A program made the position numbers and the translations under genes. Positions 14,194-28,559 of a DNA stretch of 64,000 bases are shown here, one piece after another; within the stretch, counting starts at the first letter, position 1; each line of letters opens with the position of its first letter. The stretch comes from the human T2T-CHM13v2.0 reference genome, Homo sapiens. The stretch lies in NCBI RefSeq assembly GCF_009914755.1, contig NC_060948.1; one strand, given 5' to 3'. The notes beneath the pieces were generated by a model. The model was not told where the DNA came from, ran no database searches, and was given only the letters and a program-made list of their open reading frames with translations.

Positions 14194-17100
14194 AATGGAA
14201 TGTACTCGAATGGATTCGACTGGAATGGAATGTTCTGGAAGTGAATGGACTCCAATGGAATGGATTCAAAAGGAATGGAATCGTACGGAATGGAATCTAA
14301 TGGAATGGAATTAAATGGAAATGAATCAAATTGAATAGCACGGAATTGAATTGAATGGAATGGAATGCAATGGAATCTAATGAAACGGAAAGGAAAGGAA
14401 TGGAATGGAATGGAATGGGCTGGAATGGAAAGGAATCGAAACGAATGGAATGGAATCGAAGTGAAGAGACTGGAATGGAATGCACTGGAATGGAAGGGAG
14501 TGTAATGGAAGGTTCTCGAAAAAAATGGAATCGAATGGAATGGAATTGAATGGAACGGAATAGAGTCGAATGGAATTGAATGGAATGGAATGGACTAGAG
14601 TGAAATGGAATCGAACCACAAGGAATGGACAGGAATAGAATGGTCTCGAATTGAATGGAATCGTATGGAATGGCATCAAACGGAATGGAATGGACAGCCA
14701 CGGAATGGAATGCACTCGAATGCAATGGAGTCGAAACTAATGGACTGGAATAGAATGGACTCGACTGGTACGGACTCCAATGGAATGGAATCGAATGGAA
14801 GGGAATCGAACGGAAGGGAATCGAACGGAATGGACTCGAAGGGAAAAGACTGCAATGGAAAGGTCTCGAATGGAATGGAAATTAATGGAATGGAATGGAA
14901 TCGAATGAAATGGAGTCAAAAGGAATGGAATCGAATGGCAAGAAATCGAATGTAATGGAATCGCCAGGAATTGATGTGAACGGAACGGAATGGAATGGAA
15001 TCCAAAGGAATGGAATAGAATGGAATGGAATCGAATGGAAAGGACTCGAATGGAAATCACTCGAATAGAATGCAATTTAATAAAATAGGATCAAATGTAA
15101 TGGAATGGAATGGAAAGGAATCGAAACGAAAGGAATGGAGACAGATGGAATGGAATGGAACAGAGAGCAATGGTATAGAATGGAATGGAATCATCTGGAA
15201 TGGAATTGAATGGAATGGAATAATATGAAATGGAATGGAATGGAATGGAATGGAATGGAATGCCCTTGAATTAAATGGACTGGAATGGAATGGACTCAAA
15301 CAGAGTGGAATGGAAAGTGTGGAGATAGAATGGAATGAACTCCTTTGGAATGGTGTAGTATGCAATGCAATCGACTGGCAGGGAATCAAAAGGTATGTAA
15401 TCGAATGGATTGGACTGGAATGCAAAGGACTCGAATAGATTGGAAACGGAATGCAAAGGAATGGAATGGAATAGTATGGAATGCAATGGAAGGGAATGGA
15501 GTGGAATAGACTAGAGTGGAATGGAATGGACTGGAAAGCAATGGACTGGAATGGAACTTTCTTGGATGGACTGGAATCAAACGGAATGGAATGCAGTGCA
15601 ATCAAATGGCATGGAATAAAATAGAATGAAAGAGAATCAAATGGAATTGAATCGAATGGAATCGAATGGATTGGAAAGGAATAGAATGGAATGGAATGGA
15701 ATGGACTCAAATGGAATGGACTAGAATGGAATGGATTCGAATGGAAGGCAAAGGAATGGAATCTATTGGAATGGACTGTAATGGAATGGAATGGAAGGGA
15801 TTGGAATGGACTCGAATGGAATGGACTGCAATAGAAAGGATTCGAATGGAATGAAAAAGAATTGAATGGAATAGAACAGAATGGAATCAAATCGAATGAA
15901 ATGGAATGGAATAGAAAGGAATGGAATGAAATGGAATGGAAAGGATTCGAATGGAATGCAATCGAATGGAATGGAATCGAACGGAATGGAATAAAATGGA
16001 AGAAAACTGGCAAGAAATGGAATCGAAATGAATGGAGTGTTATGGAACGGACTCAAAAGGAATTGAATGTAATAGAATGGAGTGGAGTGGACTCGAATAT
16101 AATGGACTGGAATGGAATGAAATCACATGGAATGGGAACGAATGGAATGGAATGGAAAGGAATGGAATCGAATGGAAAGGAATCGAATGGAAGGGAATGA
16201 AATTGAGTCAACACGAATGGAAGGGAATAGAATAGACTGTAATGGAATGGACTCGAATAGAATGGACACTAATGCTCAAATTAAATGGACTCGAATGGAA
16301 TGGAAACGAAAGGAATGTCATCGAATGGAATTGAATCGATTGGAATGAAATCGCATAGAATGGAGTGGAATCAAATGGAATTGAATCGAAAGGAAAGGAA
16401 GCGAATGGACTGAAATGAAATGGAATGGAATTGAATGGAAAGTAATGCAATGGAATAGAATGGAACGAAATTTCACGGAATGGAATCAAACTGAATGGAA
16501 TCAAATCAATGGAATCAAATCAAATGGAATGGAAAGGAATTGAATGGAGTAGATGGGATTGGATGGGATTGGAATGAAATGTACTGGAAAGGACTCGAAT
16601 TTCATGAAACGGAATGGAATGAATTGGAACGGAATGGACTCGAATGGAATGGAATGTCATGGGATGGCATCAAATGGAATGACATCAAATGGAATGGAAT
16701 CGAATGCAATGGAATGCTATGGAATGGAATGGAATGCATTGGAATGGAATGTTCTCTAATGGAATGGATTCGAGTGGAATGGAATTGAATATAATGGAGT
16801 CGAATGAAATGGAATTGAAAGGAATGGGATCGAATACAATGGAATATACAGGAATGTAACGTAATGAACTCGAATGTAATTGACTGGAATGGAATGTACA
16901 TGAATGGAATGTAATCGAATGGAAAGTAATCCAATGGAATAGAATCTAATGCAATAAAATCGACTCAGAGAGAGTAGAATGTAATGGAATGGAGTGCAGT
17001 GCAATGGAATGGAATGGAATGGAATGCAATGGAATGGAATGGAATGGAATGGAATGGAATGGAATGGAATGGGATGGAATGGTATGGAATGGATAGTAAT

Positions 17101-17777
17101 GGACTGGAGTGAAATGGACTGGAAAGGAATGGACTCAAATTGAATGGGCTCGAAAGGAATGGAGTCAAATGGAATGGTCTGGAATGGAATGAACACGAAT
17201 GTAATGCAACCCAATAGAATGGAATCGAATGGCATGGAATATAAAGAAATGGAATCGAAGAGAATGGAAACAAATGGAATGGAATTGAATGGAATGGAAT
17301 TGAATGGAATGGGAACGAATGGAGTGAAATTGTATGCAGTAGAAGAGAATAGAATGGAATGCAAGCGAAAGGAAAGGAATGGATTGGAATGGAATGGAAT
17401 TCATTGGAATGGAAGGGAATGTAGTGTAATGGACAGGCCTGGAATAAAGTGGAATGCTACGGTCTCGAATGGAATAAAAATGTATGGAATGGAATGCAAT
17501 GAAACGGAATCGAATGTCATAGAATGTAATGGAATGCAAAAAAATGGAATCCAAAATCATTGACTGGAAAGGCTGGGTGTCGAAAGGAATTGACTCCAAC
17601 GGAATGGAATCGAATGGAATGGAAGTGAATAGAATCGAACTAAATCGAATGGAATGGAATTGATAGGAACGGAATGGAAAGGAATGCAATGATTTGGCAT
17701 GGAATGGAATCGAATGGCATCGAATGGAATGGAATGGAATGCAATGGAATGGAATGTATTAGAATGTAATGAACTTT
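14194..17777 (+). repeat. DYZ1 unit 5 (3584 bp)
   Basis: One extra pentamer at ~15240; tract n=8; distal half shares TTGAGTCAAC, GTTCTCT, TATACAGG and TTGAATGGGCT with units 9 and 12. Confidence 0.9.
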
Positions 17778-20700
17778 AATGGAATGTACTCGAATGGATT
17801 CGACTGGAATGGAATGTTCTGGAAGTGAATGGACTCCAATGGAATGGATTCAAAAGGAATGGAATCGTACGGAATGGAATCTAATGGAATGGAATTAAAT
17901 GGAAATGAATCAAATTGAATAGCACGGAATTGAATTGAATGGAATGGAATGCAATGGAATCTAATGAAACGGAAAGGAAAGGAATGGAATGGAATGGAAT
18001 GGGCTGGAATGGAAAGGAATCGAAACGAAAGGAATGGAATCGAAGTGAAGAGACTGGAATGGAATGCACTGGAATGGAAGGGAGTGTAATGGAAGGTTCT
18101 CGAAAAAAATGGAATCGAATGGAATGGAATTGAATGGAACGGAATAGAGTCGAATGGAATTGAATGGAATGGAATGGACTAGAGTGAAATGGAATCGAAC
18201 CACAAGGAATGGACAGGAATAGAATGGTCTCGAATTGAATGGAATCGTATGGAATGGCATCAAACGGAATGGAATGGACAGCCACGGAATGGAATGCACT
18301 CGAAAGCAATGGAGTCGAAACTAATGGACTGGAATAGAGTGGACTCGACTGGTACGGACTCCAATGGAATGGAATCGAATGGAAGGGAATCGAACGGAAG
18401 GGAATCGAACGGAATGGACTCGAAGGGAAAAGACTGCAATGGAAAGGTCTCGAATGGAATGGAAATTAATGGAATGGAATGGAATCGAATGAAATGGAGT
18501 CAAAAGGAATGGAATCGAATGGCAAGAAATCGAATGTAATGGAATCGCCAGGAATTGATGTGAACGGAACGGAATGGAATGGAATCCAAAGGAATGGAAT
18601 AGAATGGAATGGAATCGAATGGAAAGGACTCGAATGGAAATCACTCGAATAGAATGCAATTTAATAAAATAGGATCAAATGTAATGGAATGGAATGGAAA
18701 GGAATCGAAACGAAAGGAATGGAGACAGATGGAATGGAATGGAACAGAGAGCAATGGTATAGAATGGAATGGAATCATCTGGAATGGAATTGAATGGAAT
18801 GGAATAATATGAAATGGAATGGAATGGAATGGAATGGAATGCCCTTGAATTGAATGGACTGGAATAGAATGGACTCAAACAGAGTGGAATGGAAAGTGTG
18901 GAGATAGAATGGAATGAACTCCTTTGGAATGGTGTAGTATGCAATGCAATCGACTGGCAGGGAATCAAAAGGTATGTAATCGAATGGATTGGACTGGAAT
19001 GCAAAGGACTCGAATAGATTGGAAACGGAATGCAAAGGAATGGAATGGAATAGTATGGAATGCAATGGAAGGGAATGGAGTGGAATAGACTAGAGTGGAA
19101 TGGAATGGACTGGAAAGCAATGGACTGGAATGGAACTTTCTTGGATGGACTGGAATCAAACGGAATGGAATGCAGTGCAATCAAATGGCATGGAATAAAA
19201 TAGAATGAAAGAGAATCAAATGGAATTGAATCGAATGGAATCGAATGGATTGGAAAGGAATAGAATGGAATGGAATGGAATGGACTCAAATGGAATGGAC
19301 TAGAATGGAATGGATTCGAATGGAAGGCAAAGGAATGGAATCTATTGGAATGGACTGTAATGGAATGGAATGGAAGGGATTGGAATGGACTCGAATGGAA
19401 TGGACTGCAATAGAAAGGATTCGAATGGAATGAAAAAGAATTGAATGGAATAGAACAGAATGGAATCAAATCGAATGAAATGGAATGGAATAGAAAGGAA
19501 TGGAATGAAATGGAATGGAAAGGATTCGAATGGAATGCAATCGAATGGAATGGAATCGAACGGAATGGAAGAAAATGGAAGAAAACTGGCAAGAAATGGA
19601 ATCGAAATGAATGGAGTGTTATGGAACGGACTCAAAAGGAATTGAATGTAATAGAATGGAGTGGAGTGGACTCGAATATAATGGACTGGAATGGAATGAA
19701 ATCACATGGAATGGGAACGAATGGAATGGAATGGAAAGGAATGGAATCGAATGGAAAGGAATCGAATGGAAGGGAATGAAATTGAATCAACAGGAATGGA
19801 AGGCAATAGAATAGACTGTAATGGAATGGACTCGAATAGAATGGACACGAATGCTCAAATTAAATGGACTCGAATGGAATGGAAACGAAAGGAATGTCAT
19901 CGAATGGAATTGAATCGATTGGAATGAAATCGCATAGAATGGAGTGGAATCAAATGGAATTGAATCGAAAGGAAAGGAAGCGAATGGACTGAAATGAAAT
20001 GGAATGGAATTGAATGGAAAGTAATGCAATGGAATAGAATGGAACGAAATTTCACGGAATGGAATCAAACTGAATGGAATCAAATCAATGGAATCAAATC
20101 AAATGGAATGGAAAGGAATTGAATGGAGTAGATGGGATTGGATGGGATTGGAATGAAATGTACTGGAAAGGACTCGAATTTCATGAAACGGAATGGAATG
20201 AATTGGAACGGAATGGACTCGAATGGAATGGAATGTCATGGGATGGCATCAAATGGAATGACATCAAATGGAATGGAATCGAATGCAATGGAATGCTATG
20301 GAATGGAATGGAATGCATTGGAATGGAATGTCCGCTAATGGAATGGATTCGAGTGGAATGGAATCGAATATAATGGAGTCGAATGAAATGGAATTGAAAG
20401 GAATGGGATCGAATACAATGGAATATACTGGAATGTAACGTAATGAACTGGAATGTAATTGACTGGAATGGAATGTACATGAATGGAATGTAATCGAATG
20501 GAAAGTAATCCAATGGAATAGAATCTAATGCAATAAAATCGACTCAGATAGAGTAGAATGTAATGGAATGGAGTGCAGTGCAATGGAATGGAATGGAATG
20601 GAATGCAATGGAATGGAATGGAATGGAATGGAATGGAATGGAATGGAATGGAATGGAATGGAATGGGATGGAATGGTATGGAATGGATAGTAATGGACTG

Positions 20701-23700
20701 GAGTGAAATGGACTGGAAAGGAATGGACTCAAATTGACAGCGCTCGAAAGGAATGGAGTCAAATGGAATGGTCTGGAATGGAATGAACACGAATGTAATG
20801 CAACCCAATAGAATGGAATCGAATGGCATGGAATATAAAGAAATGGAATCGAAGAGAATGGAAACAAATGGAATGGAATTGAATGGAATGGAATTGAATG
20901 GAATGGGAACGAATGGAGTGAAATTGTATGCAGTAGAAGAGAATAGAATGGAATGCAAGCGAAAGGAAAGGAATGGATTGGAATGGAATGGAATTCATTG
21001 GAATGGAAGGGAATGTAGTGTAATGGACAGGCCTGGAATAAAGTGGAATGCTACGGTCTCGAATGGAATAAAAATGTATGGAATGGAATGCAATGAAACG
21101 GAATCGAATGTCATAGAATGTAATGGAATGCAAAAAAATGGAATCCAAAATCATTGACTGGAAAGGCTGGGTGTCGAAAGGAATTGACTCCAACGGAATG
21201 GAATCGAATGGAATGGAAGTGAATAGAATCGAACTAAATCGAATGGAATGGAATTGATAGGAACGGAATGGAAAGGAATGCAATGATTTGGCATGGAATG
21301 GAATCGAATGGCATCGAATGGAATGGAATGGAATGCAATGGAATGGAATGTATTAGAATGTAATGAACTTTAATGGAATGTACTCGAATGGATTCGACTG
21401 GAATGGAATGTTCTGGAAGTGAATGGACTCCAATGGAATGGATTCAAAAGGAATGGAATCGTACGGAATGGAATCTAATGGAATGGAATTAAATGGAAAT
21501 GAATCAAATTGAATAGCACGGAATTGAATTGAATGGAATGGAATGCAATGGAATCTAATGAAACGGAAAGGAAAGGAATGGAATGGAATGGAATGGGCTG
21601 GAATGGAAAGGAATCGAAACGAAAGGAATGGAATCGAAGTGAAGAGACTGGAATGGAATGCACTGGAATGGAAGGGAGTGTAATGGAAGGTTCTCGAAAA
21701 AAATGGAATCGAATGGAATGGAATTGAATGGAACGGAATAGAGTCGAATGGAATTGAATGGAATGGAATGGACTAGAGTGAAATGGAATCGAACCACAAG
21801 GAATGGACAGGAATAGAATGGTCTCGAATTGAATGGAATCGTATGGAATGGCATCAAACGGAATGGAATGGACAGCCACGGAATGGAATGCACTCGAAAG
21901 CAATGGAGTCGAAACTAATGGACTGGAATAGAGTGGACTCGACTGGTACGGACTCCAATGGAATGGAATCGAATGGAAGGGAATCGAACGGAAGGGAATC
22001 GAACGGAATGGACTCGAAGGGAAAAGACTGCAATGGAAAGGTCTCGAATGGAATGGAAATTAATGGAATGGAATGGAATCGAATGAAATGGAGTCAAAAG
22101 GAATGGAATCGAATGGCAAGAAATCGAATGTAATGGAATCGCCAGGAATTGATGTGAACGGAACGGAATGGAATGGAATCCAAAGGAATGGAATAGAATG
22201 GAATGGAATCGAATGGAAAGGACTCGAATGGAAATCACTCGAATAGAATGCAATTTAATAAAATAGGATCAAATGTAATGGAATGGAATGGAAAGGAATC
22301 GAAACGAAAGGAATGGAGACAGATGGAATGGAATGGAACAGAGAGCAATGGTATAGAATGGAATGGAATCATCTGGAATGGAATTGAATGGAATGGAATA
22401 ATATGAAATGGAATGGAATGGAATGGAATGGAATGCCCTTGAATTGAATGGACTGGAATAGAATGGACTCAAACAGAGTGGAATGGAAAGTGTGGAGATA
22501 GAATGGAATGAACTCCTTTGGAATGGTGTAGTATGCAATGCAATCGACTGGCAGGGAATCAAAAGGTATGTAATCGAATGGATTGGACTGGAATGCAAAG
22601 GACTCGAATAGATTGGAAACGGAATGCAAAGGAATGGAATGGAATAGTATGGAATGCAATGGAAGGGAATGGAGTGGAATAGACTAGAGTGGAATGGAAT
22701 GGACTGGAAAGCAATGGACTGGAATGGAACTTTCTTGGATGGACTGGAATCAAACGGAATGGAATGCAGTGCAATCAAATGGCATGGAATAAAATAGAAT
22801 GAAAGAGAATCAAATGGAATTGAATCGAATGGAATCGAATGGATTGGAAAGGAATAGAATGGAATGGAATGGAATGGACTCAAATGGAATGGACTAGAAT
22901 GGAATGGATTCGAATGGAAGGCAAAGGAATGGAATCTATTGGAATGGACTGTAATGGAATGGAATGGAAGGGATTGGAATGGACTCGAATGGAATGGACT
23001 GCAATAGAAAGGATTCGAATGGAATGAAAAAGAATTGAATGGAATAGAACAGAATGGAATCAAATCGAATGAAATGGAATGGAATAGAAAGGAATGGAAT
23101 GAAATGGAATGGAAAGGATTCGAATGGAATGCAATCGAATGGAATGGAATCGAACGGAATGGAAGAAAATGGAAGAAAACTGGCAAGAAATGGAATCGAA
23201 ATGAATGGAGTGTTATGGAACGGACTCAAAAGGAATTGAATGTAATAGAATGGAGTGGAGTGGACTCGAATATAATGGACTGGAATGGAATGAAATCACA
23301 TGGAATGGGAACGAATGGAATGGAATGGAAAGGAATGGAATCGAATGGAAAGGAATCGAATGGAAGGGAATGAAATTGAATCAACAGGAATGGAAGGCAA
23401 TAGAATAGACTGTAATGGAATGGACTCGAATAGAATGGACACGAATGCTCAAATTAAATGGACTCGAATGGAATGGAAACGAAAGGAATGTCATCGAATG
23501 GAATTGAATCGATTGGAATGAAATCGCATAGAATGGAGTGGAATCAAATGGAATTGAATCGAAAGGAAAGGAAGCGAATGGACTGAAATGAAATGGAATG
23601 GAATTGAATGGAAAGTAATGCAATGGAATAGAATGGAACGAAATTTCACGGAATGGAATCAAACTGAATGGAATCAAATCAATGGAATCAAATCAAATGG

Positions 23701-26700
23701 AATGGAAAGGAATTGAATGGAGTAGATGGGATTGGATGGGATTGGAATGAAATGTACTGGAAAGGACTCGAATTTCATGAAACGGAATGGAATGAATTGG
23801 AACGGAATGGACTCGAATGGAATGGAATGTCATGGGATGGCATCAAATGGAATGACATCAAATGGAATGGAATCGAATGCAATGGAATGCTATGGAATGG
23901 AATGGAATGCATTGGAATGGAATGTCCGCTAATGGAATGGATTCGAGTGGAATGGAATCGAATATAATGGAGTCGAATGAAATGGAATTGAAAGGAATGG
24001 GATCGAATACAATGGAATATACTGGAATGTAACGTAATGAACTGGAATGTAATTGACTGGAATGGAATGTACATGAATGGAATGTAATCGAATGGAAAGT
24101 AATCCAATGGAATAGAATCTAATGCAATAAAATCGACTCAGATAGAGTAGAATGTAATGGAATGGAGTGCAGTGCAATGGAATGGAATGGAATGGAATGC
24201 AATGGAATGGAATGGAATGGAATGGAATGGAATGGAATGGAATGGAATGGAATGGAATGGGATGGAATGGTATGGAATGGATAGTAATGGACTGGAGTGA
24301 AATGGACTGGAAAGGAATGGACTCAAATTGACAGCGCTCGAAAGGAATGGAGTCAAATGGAATGGTCTGGAATGGAATGAACACGAATGTAATGCAACCC
24401 AATAGAATGGAATCGAATGGCATGGAATATAAAGAAATGGAATCGAAGAGAATGGAAACAAATGGAATGGAATTGAATGGAATGGAATTGAATGGAATGG
24501 GAACGAATGGAGTGAAATTGTATGCAGTAGAAGAGAATAGAATGGAATGCAAGCGAAAGGAAAGGAATGGATTGGAATGGAATGGAATTCATTGGAATGG
24601 AAGGGAATGTAGTGTAATGGACAGGCCTGGAATAAAGTGGAATGCTACGGTCTCGAATGGAATAAAAATGTATGGAATGGAATGCAATGAAACGGAATCG
24701 AATGTCATAGAATGTAATGGAATGCAAAAAAATGGAATCCAAAATCATTGACTGGAAAGGCTGGGTGTCGAAAGGAATTGACTCCAACGGAATGGAATCG
24801 AATGGAATGGAAGTGAATAGAATCGAACTAAATCGAATGGAATGGAATTGATAGGAACGGAATGGAAAGGAATGCAATGATTTGGCATGGAATGGAATCG
24901 AATGGCATCGAATGGAATGGAATGGAATGCAATGGAATGGAATGTATTAGAATGTAATGAACTTTAATGGAATGTACTCGAATGGATTCGACTGGAATGG
25001 AATGTTCTGGAAGTGAATGGACTCCAATGGAATGGATTCAAAAGGAATGGAATCGTACGGAATGGAATCTAATGGAATGGAATTAAATGGAAATGAATCA
25101 AATTGAATAGCACGGAATTGAATTGAATGGAATGGAATGCAATGGAATCTAATGAAACGGAAAGGAAAGGAATGGAATGGAATGGAATGGGCTGGAATGG
25201 AAAGGAATCGAAACGAAAGGAATGGAATCGAAGTGAAGAGACTGGAATGGAATGCACTGGAATGGAAGGGAGTGTAATGGAAGGTTCTCGAAAAAAATGG
25301 AATCGAATGGAATGGAATTGAATGGAACGGAATAGAGTCGAATGGAATTGAATGGAATGGAATGGACTAGAGTGAAATGGAATCGAACCACAAGGAATGG
25401 ACAGGAATAGAATGGTCTCGAATTGAATGGAATCGTATGGAATGGCATCAAACGGAATGGAATGGACAGCCACGGAATGGAATGCACTCGAAAGCAATGG
25501 AGTCGAAACTAATGGACTGGAATAGAGTGGACTCGACTGGTACGGACTCCAATGGAATGGAATCGAATGGAAGGGAATCGAACGGAAGGGAATCGAACGG
25601 AATGGACTCGAAGGGAAAAGACTGCAATGGAAAGGTCTCGAATGGAATGGAAATTAATGGAATGGAATGGAATCGAATGAAATGGAGTCAAAAGGAATGG
25701 AATCGAATGGCAAGAAATCGAATGTAATGGAATCGCCAGGAATTGATGTGAACGGAACGGAATGGAATGGAATCCAAAGGAATGGAATAGAATGGAATGG
25801 AATCGAATGGAAAGGACTCGAATGGAAATCACTCGAATAGAATGCAATTTAATAAAATAGGATCAAATGTAATGGAATGGAATGGAAAGGAATCGAAACG
25901 AAAGGAATGGAGACAGATGGAATGGAATGGAACAGAGAGCAATGGTATAGAATGGAATGGAATCATCTGGAATGGAATTGAATGGAATGGAATAATATGA
26001 AATGGAATGGAATGGAATGGAATGGAATGCCCTTGAATTGAATGGACTGGAATAGAATGGACTCAAACAGAGTGGAATGGAAAGTGTGGAGATAGAATGG
26101 AATGAACTCCTTTGGAATGGTGTAGTATGCAATGCAATCGACTGGCAGGGAATCAAAAGGTATGTAATCGAATGGATTGGACTGGAATGCAAAGGACTCG
26201 AATAGATTGGAAACGGAATGCAAAGGAATGGAATGGAATAGTATGGAATGCAATGGAAGGGAATGGAGTGGAATAGACTAGAGTGGAATGGAATGGACTG
26301 GAAAGCAATGGACTGGAATGGAACTTTCTTGGATGGACTGGAATCAAACGGAATGGAATGCAGTGCAATCAAATGGCATGGAATAAAATAGAATGAAAGA
26401 GAATCAAATGGAATTGAATCGAATGGAATCGAATGGATTGGAAAGGAATAGAATGGAATGGAATGGAATGGACTCAAATGGAATGGACTAGAATGGAATG
26501 GATTCGAATGGAAGGCAAAGGAATGGAATCTATTGGAATGGACTGTAATGGAATGGAATGGAAGGGATTGGAATGGACTCGAATGGAATGGACTGCAATA
26601 GAAAGGATTCGAATGGAATGAAAAAGAATTGAATGGAATAGAACAGAATGGAATCAAATCGAATGAAATGGAATGGAATAGAAAGGAATGGAATGAAATG

Positions 26701-28559
26701 GAATGGAAAGGATTCGAATGGAATGCAATCGAATGGAATGGAATCGAACGGAATGGAAGAAAATGGAAGAAAACTGGCAAGAAATGGAATCGAAATGAAT
26801 GGAGTGTTATGGAACGGACTCAAAAGGAATTGAATGTAATAGAATGGAGTGGAGTGGACTCGAATATAATGGACTGGAATGGAATGAAATCACATGGAAT
26901 GGGAACGAATGGAATGGAATGGAAAGGAATGGAATCGAATGGAAAGGAATCGAATGGAAGGGAATGAAATTGAATCAACAGGAATGGAAGGCAATAGAAT
27001 AGACTGTAATGGAATGGACTCGAATAGAATGGACACGAATGCTCAAATTAAATGGACTCGAATGGAATGGAAACGAAAGGAATGTCATCGAATGGAATTG
27101 AATCGATTGGAATGAAATCGCATAGAATGGAGTGGAATCAAATGGAATTGAATCGAAAGGAAAGGAAGCGAATGGACTGAAATGAAATGGAATGGAATTG
27201 AATGGAAAGTAATGCAATGGAATAGAATGGAACGAAATTTCACGGAATGGAATCAAACTGAATGGAATCAAATCAATGGAATCAAATCAAATGGAATGGA
27301 AAGGAATTGAATGGAGTAGATGGGATTGGATGGGATTGGAATGAAATGTACTGGAAAGGACTCGAATTTCATGAAACGGAATGGAATGAATTGGAACGGA
27401 ATGGACTCGAATGGAATGGAATGTCATGGGATGGCATCAAATGGAATGACATCAAATGGAATGGAATCGAATGCAATGGAATGCTATGGAATGGAATGGA
27501 ATGCATTGGAATGGAATGTCCGCTAATGGAATGGATTCGAGTGGAATGGAATTGAATATAATGGAGTCGAATGAAATGGAATTGAAAGGAATGGGATCGA
27601 ATACAATGGAATATACTGGAATGTAACGTAATGAACTGGAATGTAATTGACTGGAATGGAATGTACATGAATGGAATGTAATCGAATGGAAAGTAATCCA
27701 ATGGAATAGAATCTAATGCAATAAAATCGACTCAGATAGAGTAGAATGTAATGGAATGGAGTGCAGTGCAATGGAATGGAATGGAATGGAATGCAATGGA
27801 ATGGAATGGAATGGAATGGAATGGAATGGAATGGAATGGAATGGAATGGAATGGGATGGAATGGTATGGAATGGATAGTAATGGACTGGAGTGAAATGGA
27901 CTGGAAAGGAATGGACTCAAATTGACAGCGCTCGAAAGGAATGGAGTCAAATGGAATGGTCTGGAATGGAATGAACACGAATGTAATGCAACCCAATAGA
28001 ATGGAATCGAATGGCATGGAATATAAAGAAATGGAATCGAAGAGAATGGAAACAAATGGAATGGAATTGAATGGAATGGAATTGAATGGAATGGGAACGA
28101 ATGGAGTGAAATTGTATGCAGTAGAAGAGAATAGAATGGAATGCAAGCGAAAGGAAAGGAATGGATTGGAATGGAATGGAATTCATTGGAATGGAAGGGA
28201 ATGTAGTGTAATGGACAGGCCTGGAATAAAGTGGAATGCTACGGTCTCGAATGGAATAAAAATGTATGGAATGGAATGCAATGAAACGGAATCGAATGTC
28301 ATAGAATGTAATGGAATGCAAAAAAATGGAATCCAAAATCATTGACTGGAAAGGCTGGGTGTCGAAAGGAATTGACTCCAACGGAATGGAATCGAATGGA
28401 ATGGAAGTGAATAGAATCGAACTAAATCGAATGGAATGGAATTGATAGGAACGGAATGGAAAGGAATGCAATGATTTGGCATGGAATGGAATCGAATGGC
28501 ATCGAATGGAATGGAATGGAATGCAATGGAATGGAATGTATTAGAATGTAATGAACTTT
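17778..28559 (+). repeat. DYZ1 units 6-8 (3 x 3594 bp, haplotype 'B', near-identical)
   Basis: ORF tracks repeat at exactly +3594. Shared markers CGAAAGCAAT, ATAGAGTGG, GGAAGAAAATGG, AAGGCAATA, GAACTGGAAT, GACAGCGCTC; tract n=11 in all three. Confidence 0.92.
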
